In this document: piece after piece, positions 56,940 through 64,000 of the stretch
Position numbering within the stretch: the stretch's first letter is position 1
Layout of the letters: each line of letters begins with the position of its first letter
Origin: Eubacteriales bacterium
GTDB lineage: Bacteria > Bacillota > Clostridia > Oscillospirales > CAG-272
DNA length: 64,000 bases
Reading direction: 5' to 3'
Assembly: GCA_045605265.1 (NCBI GenBank)
Contig: JAZUPQ010000053.1
Coordinates: forward strand, 7,716-71,715
Program-made: the position numbers and the translations under genes
The notes under the pieces: generated by a model
Seen by the model: only the letters and a program-made list of their open reading frames with translations
The model's database searches: none
Told to the model about the DNA's origin: nothing

Positions 56940-58934
56940 ATGAAAAAAATCATCTCTATGATTATGGTGGCGGTAATGCTTATCCTCTCGCTTGTGAGCT
57001 GCGCATACAGCATTGCGGACGAGGATATATCGGCGTATGCTACCATATCCGCAGAAAACAAAAAGCTTCTGGAAGCTGCATTGAAGGATTTGGCTATTGA
57101 GGACGGAGACTTCACAGCAGATGCAGAGATTAGAAACCAGAAGGTTGAGGACGCTCTTTACGCTTCGATTGCAAACAGCGTAGCCTCCGAGGAAAAAAAG
57201 ACAGAGGGTAAGGCGAGCGGACATGACCTCGTGTTCTATTCCTACTATTGTACTGCAAAGATTGACGAAAAAGACGTTGTGCTTTTTGCTTCAAATATGA
57301 AGTCGGGCTCAGAGGGAAAGTTCCAGCTCGGTATTTTGGACTCGACCAAAACTCTTGAAATCGAACTTGGCAAGCTTTTCTCTGATTTTGATTTCAAAAA
57401 CAATTCTTACAAAACCGAGAGCCCTACCGCAACAACGCTTAAAGAGGGCGACGTTGTATTTGTAAGCTACAAGTATAAGGAAAAGGTCAAGAACGACGAA
57501 GGTAAGGAAGTTGAAAAGGACGTTACGATTACAAACGAGATGATCGTAGTCGAAAAGGTGTCCGATGACGGAGTCGAGAATCTTGCTCAATACCTTAACG
57601 GTCAAGAGGGCAACAAAGTTGATACACCCAAAAACGGCGTTCAGGGCGTAGACTATACCAATATCAAGGTCGACTGGATTGCTACGGGCAAAGAGCTTGG
57701 CACCGTTAAAGACGTTACCTTTGACGAAGAAAAGAAGGTAAAGGATATCAGAGGCGCTGAATATAACCTTGAAGACGTTGAGCTTACCTACCACGTATAT
57801 CCCGTAGGATACATTGGAGTTGAGGACTACAACGGCAGAAACGTAATTGACGTAATTCTCGGCGCGCAAATCACACCCAACATCTTCTATGAAATTTTGT
57901 TCGGCGAGAAGTTCTTTGACAAGAGCGAGACCGAAAGAAATAAGATTCTTGATAAGTATACAACAAGAGATGCGGACGGCAAGAAGATGAAGCTCGGTAC
58001 TCTTATCGAGTCAATCGCTGCCGCTCATAACGATCTTGACAGCAAGGAAAAGACTCTTAAAACAGCAAAAGAAACTCTTGAAAAGAGCAAAGAGACACTC
58101 GAAACTGCTCAAAAGAATTACGATGAAGCAGCCGAGAGCGATAAGAATACCAAGCTTGAAGCTCTTAACAAGGCAAAAGAAAGCGTAAAAAAGGCAGAAG
58201 ACGCAGTTTCTACAGCGGAAAACAATCTCAAACAGTCCGAGAGAGATAAGGATGAAAAAATCAGATTGCTCTTGACTCTTGAAAACGGCAAAATGGAAAA
58301 TAAGGTTGCGGAAAGCTACAAGGAAAACGTGAGAAGCAATCTCATTGATTCGTATAACAACGAAATCAAGATGAACCTTGCAAACGAGATTTACTTCTTC
58401 TTTGAAAAATACGTTGACGTTAAGTCGTATCCCGAAAAGGCTATTGACACAACCTACGACCAGCTTATCCAAAACTATAAGTACGATTTCTACAAGGGCG
58501 ATTTCGACAGCAGTACCTCCAACTACAAGAAGTACGAGGGCAACTTCAAGAATTTCCTTATGGTAGAGGTTAAAGAGCTTAACGGCGGCAAGGATGTAAC
58601 CAATTACGATACTGCTCTTGCTCTTATCCGCAAGGATGCGGAAAACTACGTTAAGCCGGTTCTTGTGATGTATGCGATTGCAGAGGCGTTTAATTTAACC
58701 GTTACCGAAAAAGAATACGATAAGTATATGGATTCAGACAATTACGATGCTAACGTATATCAATACGGTGAAAACGCAGTTCGCTATGCTTATCAGTTTG
58801 ACAAGATAATGAACTACTTCCTTCAAGACGGCGTAACGGCCGCTGTAAACGGTGAAGGAAAGGTTAATTATAACGGTCACATTACGTATAAATTCGCTAC
58901 TCCCGCATCCGAAGAAGCAGAGGACGAAGAATAA
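56940..58934 (+). CDS. lipoprotein with trigger-factor-like architecture and a K/E-rich coiled coil
   Basis: 664 aa with a lipobox 'LSLVSC'. A segment '[13 protein letters not shown]' sits where the trigger-factor PPIase begins. A long coiled coil follows ('[31 protein letters not shown]..'). C-terminal segments ('[16 protein letters not shown]', '[27 protein letters not shown]') resemble the trigger-factor C-domain. Confidence 0.5.
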   Translation: MKKIISMIMVAVMLILSLVSCAYSIADEDISAYATISAENKKLLEAALKDLAIEDGDFTADAEIRNQKVEDALYASIANSVASEEKKTEGKASGHDLVFYSYYCTAKIDEKDVVLFASNMKSGSEGKFQLGILDSTKTLEIELGKLFSDFDFKNNSYKTESPTATTLKEGDVVFVSYKYKEKVKNDEGKEVEKDVTITNEMIVVEKVSDDGVENLAQYLNGQEGNKVDTPKNGVQGVDYTNIKVDWIATGKELGTVKDVTFDEEKKVKDIRGAEYNLEDVELTYHVYPVGYIGVEDYNGRNVIDVILGAQITPNIFYEILFGEKFFDKSETERNKILDKYTTRDADGKKMKLGTLIESIAAAHNDLDSKEKTLKTAKETLEKSKETLETAQKNYDEAAESDKNTKLEALNKAKESVKKAEDAVSTAENNLKQSERDKDEKIRLLLTLENGKMENKVAESYKENVRSNLIDSYNNEIKMNLANEIYFFFEKYVDVKSYPEKAIDTTYDQLIQNYKYDFYKGDFDSSTSNYKKYEGNFKNFLMVEVKELNGGKDVTNYDTALALIRKDAENYVKPVLVMYAIAEAFNLTVTEKEYDKYMDSDNYDANVYQYGENAVRYAYQFDKIMNYFLQDGVTAAVNGEGKVNYNGHITYKFATPASEEAEDEE

Positions 58935-58999
58935 TTGATTTATATAGGGTGAAGTCTTCTGCTTCGCCCTATACTAATATTATAATGAAAGGGATTCTT

Positions 59000-59437
59000 A
59001 TGAAGAAGGTTGAATTGTATACCGACGGCGCTTGCCGTGGCAATCCCGGTAAGGGTGGCTGGGGAGCGATATTGGTATACGGTAAATACGAAAAAGAACT
59101 TTCAGGCGGAGAGAGAGAGACAACCAACAACCGTATGGAGTTGATTGCCGCAATCGAGGGCCTTTCCGCTCTAAAAGAGCCTTGCGAGGTTACACTTTAT
59201 TCGGATTCCAAATATCTGGTGGATGCATATTTGCAGGATTGGGTAAGCGCTTGGCGCGAAAAAGGCTGGAAAAGAGGTAAGGATGAGCTTAAAAATCCGG
59301 ACCTTTGGGAAAAGCTCTACGCATTGACAGAGACTCACAAGGTGAGCTTCGTGTGGGTGAAGGGGCATAACGGTCACGACTATAACGAGAGATGCGACAA
59401 GCTTGCGACCGAGTTTGCGGATTCGTTTGCAGATTAG
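59000..59437 (+). CDS. rnhA: ribonuclease HI
   Basis: '[22 protein letters not shown]', 'TNNRMEL', 'YSDSKY' and '[17 protein letters not shown]' carry the RNase H DEDD residues. The ATG at 59000 matches RNase HI N-termini; the track start at 58949 adds 17 residues. Confidence 0.9.
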   Translation: MKKVELYTDGACRGNPGKGGWGAILVYGKYEKELSGGERETTNNRMELIAAIEGLSALKEPCEVTLYSDSKYLVDAYLQDWVSAWREKGWKRGKDELKNPDLWEKLYALTETHKVSFVWVKGHNGHDYNERCDKLATEFADSFAD

Positions 59438-59452
59438 AATTTAGGAGTTAAT

Positions 59453-60988
59453 ATGGGTAAAAAAGAAGTATCAAGCGTCCGCAGAAATGCCGCGCAAGAA
59501 CAAGAATTTAAAAAAATAGATAGAAAAATCGCCATTGTTGCGCTGGTTATCGCCGTTTCAATCATCGCTTTGATTGGGCTTGGCGTTCTTATAAATTATC
59601 TTGCTAACCGCGGATTTGACTATATGAGCGAAGACCTGTCTGAATATATAAAGCTCCCTGAGGAAATATATAAAGGCTTCAAAACCGATTTGAAATTTGA
59701 TGAGGTAGGAGACGCGGAAGTTGACAGACTAATCAACAAGCTTATCTGTCAAAACAAGGAAAAAGAGCCCGAAAACGAAGGCGCGAGCGTTATGAGAGAG
59801 GCGGTAGAGGTAGGAAGCGTAGTTGAAATTTTTTATAGAGGCTACACCTTTGATAAGGACGGAAACGAAATAGAGATTGAGAATTCATCTAACCTTTTTG
59901 GAACACCCTATAAGCTTGAAGTGGGATCGGGTGTGTTTATTCCGGGCTTTGAGAACGCATTGATTGGCAAAATTCCGGATGAATATCCAAGACAGCTGTA
60001 TCAGACTTTTAACGGCGTAGTTGAGGAAGGCCAGGTTGTTTATATATCGTACAGGGCGTTGTATCCCGACGGAAAAACAGGCACCTCTTATTCCGAGAGA
60101 ATAGATTTGAAATCCGGCGATATCGATGCAAAATACGGCGTAGGCTTTAAAGAATTTATCATAGGAAAAGAAATAGGCGAAAAGCTCGGAGAAAAAATCT
60201 TCAAGCTCGCGAAAGGGGACGTTGTGTACTACGATATGACCGTAGAATACGTTACCGAGCGCGATCCGAATACTCTTTCAATTGAGGCGAGATTCCCCTT
60301 GACTTACTCGGAAGAGGATTTGAGGGGTAAGACCGTAAAATTCGACGTTTATTTCCAAAGCCACGTAAAATACGAGACGGATACCTATGACGAAGACTTT
60401 ATAAAAAATGTCTTAAAACTCACAGAAAAGGACCTGGAATCTTACACGGGTGCTACCTTGATTGAAAAACATAGGTCAAAACTTCTTTCAGAGGCGAAGG
60501 CGGCCGATGAGAAAAACAGAAGCCAGATTTACGAAAACGATATCTGGGAGTATCTTCATTCCAAGGTTGAAATCATCAAATTCCCACAGAGTGAGGTCAA
60601 CGAATTCTATGAATCCGAATATAATCGGATTAAACAGCAATATAATATGAACCCGTCGGGCTACTCTTCGGTTGAGGAATTTGCCAGAGTGTATTACAGG
60701 CTTGGCCCGACAGAAAATCTCAAAGTTCATATGACGGCGATAGCCCAGAAGACCGTAGCCGAGAAAATGATGTTCTATCACATTTTGAGAAGCGAAAGAA
60801 TCATTCCAAGGGGCGATGAATTCGACAGACTCTATGAGGAAACGATTAAGGAGCAGCTTGAATATCACCAAACGGACGACAGAGAGGAATTGCTCGATTA
60901 TTACGGCGAGGATTACTTTGTTGAGACGACCTATTACAGAGTATTTTTAGAAAATATGATCAAGTGGACGAAAGAAAATTTAAAATAA
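59453..60988 (+). CDS. membrane-anchored trigger-factor-like protein with an FKBP-type PPIase-like domain
   Basis: 511 aa with an N-terminal TM helix, 'IAIVALVIAVSIIALIGLGVLI'. The segment 'GSVVEIFYRGYTFDKDGNEI...LEVGSGVFIPGFENALIGK' matches the trigger-factor/FKBP PPIase signature. The C-terminal region resembles the trigger-factor C-domain. There is no ribosome-binding N-domain. Confidence 0.65.
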   Translation: MGKKEVSSVRRNAAQEQEFKKIDRKIAIVALVIAVSIIALIGLGVLINYLANRGFDYMSEDLSEYIKLPEEIYKGFKTDLKFDEVGDAEVDRLINKLICQNKEKEPENEGASVMREAVEVGSVVEIFYRGYTFDKDGNEIEIENSSNLFGTPYKLEVGSGVFIPGFENALIGKIPDEYPRQLYQTFNGVVEEGQVVYISYRALYPDGKTGTSYSERIDLKSGDIDAKYGVGFKEFIIGKEIGEKLGEKIFKLAKGDVVYYDMTVEYVTERDPNTLSIEARFPLTYSEEDLRGKTVKFDVYFQSHVKYETDTYDEDFIKNVLKLTEKDLESYTGATLIEKHRSKLLSEAKAADEKNRSQIYENDIWEYLHSKVEIIKFPQSEVNEFYESEYNRIKQQYNMNPSGYSSVEEFARVYYRLGPTENLKVHMTAIAQKTVAEKMMFYHILRSERIIPRGDEFDRLYEETIKEQLEYHQTDDREELLDYYGEDYFVETTYYRVFLENMIKWTKENLK

Positions 60989-60996
60989 TAAAAATC

Positions 60997-61030
60997 AAAA
61001 CGCTGTACCAAATTTGGTACAGCGTTTTCT
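60997..61030 (+). terminator. intrinsic terminator after the TF-like gene
   Basis: 9-bp stem CGCTGTACC/GGTACAGCG followed by TTTT. Confidence 0.85.
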
Positions 61031-61094
61031 GTATAATGAAGATGCAGGGAGGGAATGTCTTTCCTGAAATTCAACCTTAAACGGAGAAAAAACA

Positions 61095-61406
61095 ATGAAA
61101 AATCAAATCAATACAGAATTTTATTCCAACAGAAACGGTGAAATTTTTGCATTCGTGAGTGAAAATTTCGGCAAGAGGAAATACAGAATAATCTCAAACA
61201 TTGAGACCTTCAAATATAGCGAAGATATGCTTATTTGCGAAGCGGAGAGCGGATTTGAGAGCTTTCCTTACTTCGATATATGGGATTACAACGGAGTTGA
61301 CTTTTCGGTTGTTGCAGAGGATATAATTTTTGAAAAAGACCTTGAATACGTTGGCTCTGTGGATCAGCTTGTGAGCTTCATAAACCCGACGAAAAAAGCG
61401 AGCTAA
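61095..61406 (+). CDS. hypothetical small acidic protein
   Basis: 103 aa with an RBS GGAGA. No signal peptide or recognisable motif is present. Confidence 0.45.
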   Translation: MKNQINTEFYSNRNGEIFAFVSENFGKRKYRIISNIETFKYSEDMLICEAESGFESFPYFDIWDYNGVDFSVVAEDIIFEKDLEYVGSVDQLVSFINPTKKAS

Positions 61407-61417
61407 ACTCGCTTTTT
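61392..61417. terminator. bidirectional terminator between convergent genes
   Basis: Stem GCGAG/CTCGC with A-run and T-run flanks. It overlaps the end of the 61095 CDS. Confidence 0.6.
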
Positions 61418-61423
61418 ATTGTT

Positions 61424-61990
61424 TTACGGAGCGTCAGGTCTTAATTCTCGACCTACGAGCGGGATTTGCGTAGCAAGCTTTTTAAATTTTTTGAGAATTT
61501 TCTTCTTTCTGAACCTTTTGCAGTCAATCACTAAAATCCCCGCGTTGAAAAAATCGTAACCGTTGGTACCAACGGCATTTTCGCGACACGCCCCCGCAAA
61601 ATTCTCTCCAATATCTGCAAAAAAGAGCTCGCTTATATCTCCTGCCACGGCTGTATCGCCGTCAATATAAATCGCTCTGTCCAAACTTTTCCAAGCATCT
61701 GCAATAAGAAAGCGAAAGCAGGCGGTTTTGGAATTATAATCTTTGATTGGAATAGATTTTGAGATATCAGAGAGATATTCGCTGATGTCGTTGAACTCGA
61801 TATCGAAGCTTTCGCTTTCCATAGCAAGAAGCGTGTCGACGTATTCGCCGTTGGATTCGGAGCAGAGAATGTGAACGCGATATTTGTAGTCTTTATTTGA
61901 GTTTTTTATAATGGAACGCAAAGACTCAACCGTGCATTTCATGGAAGCGTCCTCGCAGGCGAAAAATATATCAACCGTGTCCTTTTTCAT
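61424..61990 (-). CDS. glycosyltransferase family 8 protein, apparently C-terminally truncated
   Basis: 188 aa carrying the GT8 N-terminal half: 'IFFACEDASMKC', 'VHILCSE', the DxD motif 'IYIDGDTAV' and 'FNAGILVIDCKRFRKKKI'. The sequence stops where full-length GT8 enzymes continue for about another 100 aa. Confidence 0.55.
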   Translation of the reverse strand: MKKDTVDIFFACEDASMKCTVESLRSIIKNSNKDYKYRVHILCSESNGEYVDTLLAMESESFDIEFNDISEYLSDISKSIPIKDYNSKTACFRFLIADAWKSLDRAIYIDGDTAVAGDISELFFADIGENFAGACRENAVGTNGYDFFNAGILVIDCKRFRKKKILKKFKKLATQIPLVGRELRPDAP

Positions 61991-62369
61991 TATTTGTTAC
62001 CTCATTTTCGTTTTTCTATTCTGCAAAAATTATACATCAGGTGTTCCTCTCGACGCAAGGAACGAACAGTGGAAACTGAGTGGAATTTTCCGCTAGTTGA
62101 AATCTCCCTGCGGTAGAATAAGGGCGCGCTTGCGGTAGAAAACGCTGATTTCTTAAAAAATGTAAATTAATATTTACGAGAACGTGCAGTTTTGAAGAGT
62201 AAAGAGACTGTTCACGATTAGCGACCTCTTATCGTATAATATATCAGTGTGTAATTAGCGCTTATATATCTTTACTTAATATATTATATATTTATAGGTT
62301 AGAATATACAATTTGACGCGCAAGGGATTGTGCAAATTGCAAGAAAATTTTTTTGTTCATTTATTCGGC

Positions 62370-62398
62370 TTGACTTGACAAATCTTTTGTGATATTAT
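62370..62398 (+). promoter_or_regulatory. sigma-A promoter of the lipoprotein/SBP gene
   Basis: TTGACT (62370-62375), a 17-bp spacer, then TGaTATTAT (-10 at 62393-62398). Confidence 0.6.
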
Positions 62399-62449
62399 TT
62401 TAATACGATAGGATACACACAAATATATTTTAAATTAAGGAGAAAAAAC

Positions 62450-64000
62450 ATGAAAAAGAAACTGATTTGTCTGTTTTTGACGGTTGCTATGTTGCTTTCT
62501 TGTATGTTTGTTTTTGCTTCTTGTGATTTTGGCGGCGGAGGAAACGACGACGACCAAAATAACAACGATGACGACGACAAAAACAACAATAACGACGACA
62601 ATAACGACGACAATAACGACGACGATGACGGCAATCTCGATTTCGGCGGCGGCGACGGCGACGGCGACGGAGAAGAGAGCGGCTACGGCGATTGGGATAC
62701 AACAACCCTTTTGTTCCAGCTTACTCACAACACTAACTCCGAAGAGCTTCCTGCCGGTTGTGAGAGATACATGGCCGGATCGGACGAGTTCGACGATACC
62801 ATCGACGATATGGTTATGGAGCGTAACAATGCCGCATACTATGAAGCTAACGTAGAAGTTAACTATCAATACTATGATACTTCTGCTACATACTCCATGG
62901 CGGGCACCTCTCTTGCGGACGATATCTTTAGAAAGACTCACTCCGATACGGTAAGAGGCAACCCGGATATGTACGTTAACTTCCAGGCTACAATGGTAAG
63001 CTGCGCGCTTAACGGATGCTTTGCTAATATCGCTTCCGAGACAAAGGGAACTAACTACTTCAAGTTCAACGACGAAGACTATAATCCCGACTACACTCTT
63101 GAAGATGAGGAAGATATCAAGGACTATGGTTTTATGTACGACTATATGAGAAACTGCACACTTTCCAAGGATAAGATGTACATTCTCGCGTCTGACTATA
63201 TGACAGACCTTGTAAGAGCGTTCTACGTAGTACCTGTTAACGTTCAGCTTCTCAACATGGTTGGAAACGATGTTACAGGCGATAAGAACAATGACGGTGA
63301 GTTTACAATCGATGACCTTTACCAAGAGGTATGGGACAAGAATTGGGACTATGACCTTATGGCTGCTTACGCAGACGAAATTTACGAGCCGAGCCCTCTT
63401 TCCGGCGGCGGTCAGACAATTCACGACAGAGTGGGTTGGGCGCTTAATGCCGGCGGTCTTGTAGCTTCCGGTCTTGTATTTACAACACCTATCACTATCA
63501 TTAACAGAGATCTTAATGCAGCAGGCGACGATTACGAATATAGCTATCCGGAAGAGTGCCAAGGCCTTTATGACCTCGCTGATTCTCTTGCAAAGCTTGT
63601 TAAGAAGGAGGGTATCATCGTAGTTGGCGGCCAACAGGGCGCTCAACACCAGGCTGACTATCAGACTTACCACACATCCGCATTCCACGCAATTCGCGAG
63701 AGATTCTGCGATAATGGAGTTCTCTTTGGCGGCGTTATCCTTCTCGGCGCTCTTGAATTCGATCAGTACCAAGACCTTAAAGACGGCGGCGGATTCGGTG
63801 TAGTTCCTGTTCCTTTCTACAAGAAGGCTACTGCAAACGATAAGTATCTTACAAGTATCCACAACGTTGGACGCTGCGGCGCTATCGCTATCAATACACA
63901 GAACTTCTCACAATGCACAGCATTCCTTGATTATCAATCACAGAACTCAACAGAAATTCTTAACGAGTATTACGACTACCAGCTTCAATACAAGGTTGCA
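62450..64000 (+). CDS. lipoprotein, probable extracellular solute-binding protein (3' end beyond the window)
   Basis: I translated this by hand from the ATG at 62450 (RBS AAGGAG at 62437-62442). It gives 517 codons with no stop up to base 64000. The N-terminus is 'MKKKLICLFLTVAMLLSCMFVFASC' (lipobox), followed by an Asp/Asn/Gly linker and then a globular region ('..TIDDMVMERNNAAYYEANVEVNY..'). That region resembles large Clostridial ABC substrate-binding lipoproteins. The gene is absent from the ORF track because it has no stop in the window. Confidence 0.75.
   Translation, partial: MKKKLICLFLTVAMLLSCMFVFASCDFGGGGNDDDQNNNDDDDKNNNNDDNNDDNNDDDDGNLDFGGGDGDGDGEESGYGDWDTTTLLFQLTHNTNSEELPAGCERYMAGSDEFDDTIDDMVMERNNAAYYEANVEVNYQYYDTSATYSMAGTSLADDIFRKTHSDTVRGNPDMYVNFQATMVSCALNGCFANIASETKGTNYFKFNDEDYNPDYTLEDEEDIKDYGFMYDYMRNCTLSKDKMYILASDYMTDLVRAFYVVPVNVQLLNMVGNDVTGDKNNDGEFTIDDLYQEVWDKNWDYDLMAAYADEIYEPSPLSGGGQTIHDRVGWALNAGGLVASGLVFTTPITIINRDLNAAGDDYEYSYPEECQGLYDLADSLAKLVKKEGIIVVGGQQGAQHQADYQTYHTSAFHAIRERFCDNGVLFGGVILLGALEFDQYQDLKDGGGFGVVPVPFYKKATANDKYLTSIHNVGRCGAIAINTQNFSQCTAFLDYQSQNSTEILNEYYDYQLQYKVA
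62588..62623 (+). repeat. 3 x 12-bp tandem repeat (AATAACGACGAC) within the Asp/Asn linker
   Basis: There are three perfect copies encoding NNDD. A further (GGCGAC)x3 lies at 62651-62668. Confidence 0.85.

Noticed and set aside
62534-62690. Short periodic repeats that could at first glance suggest a CRISPR-like or satellite array.
   Set aside because: The units are 6-12 bp, in frame and inside a CDS, with no spacers. This is a coding low-complexity linker and not a CRISPR array.
62484-62855. A 123-aa plus-strand ORF with Thr-rich repeats ('TTTTKITTMTTTKTTITTTITTT').
   Set aside because: It is an alternative reading frame of the GAC/AAC repeat region of the real gene that starts at 62450.
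62435-63862. A 475-aa minus-strand ORF, the longest ORF the track lists in this region.
   Set aside because: It is exactly antisense to the plus-strand lipoprotein gene that has an RBS, a lipobox and sensible composition. Its own sequence is Val/Ile/Cys-rich low-complexity ('VIVVVIVVVIVVVIVVFVVVIVV') with no RBS. This is a typical antisense shadow of a codon-biased gene.

Overview
The window looks like an origin-proximal chromosomal segment of a low-GC, spore-forming Firmicute, probably class Clostridia. This is judged from codon usage, a tricistronic spoVAC-AD-AE operon and the dnaA-dnaN-recF-remB-gyrB-gyrA block. About 50 CDS are supported, and most are housekeeping:
- Four aminoacyl-tRNA synthetases: alaS, lysS, ileS and trpS.
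- Replication and segregation genes, plus rnj, rnhA, greA and ribF-prmA-rsmE.
- Several envelope proteases, lipoproteins and transporters.

Other supported elements:
- A stand-alone tRNA-Thr(GGU) with its own promoter and terminator.
- An Ile-specific T-box leader in front of a type-2 ileS.
- Two perfect parS sites upstream of parA.
- A cluster of TGTTGA(A/T)A(A/T) motifs in the dnaA-dnaN spacer, a candidate oriC.
- Many TTGACA-17-(TGn)TATAAT promoters and intrinsic terminators.

I found no IS or transposon, prophage, CRISPR array or recognisable defence system.

The best candidate for an uncharacterised system is the block at 48.9-61 kb:
- A tightly packed ABC ATPase, an ABC-2 permease, two tandem GldG-like auxiliary proteins and a 973-aa membrane-anchored protein.
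- Immediately downstream, two extracytoplasmic trigger-factor-like proteins, one a lipoprotein and one TM-anchored with an FKBP-like domain, flanking rnhA.

The ORF track misses a real gene at 62450 to beyond 64000 because it is open at the 3' end. It is a lipoprotein and probable solute-binding protein with an Asp/Asn-rich linker. The track reports its antisense shadow instead.

All functional calls rest on motifs read by eye. No database search was possible.
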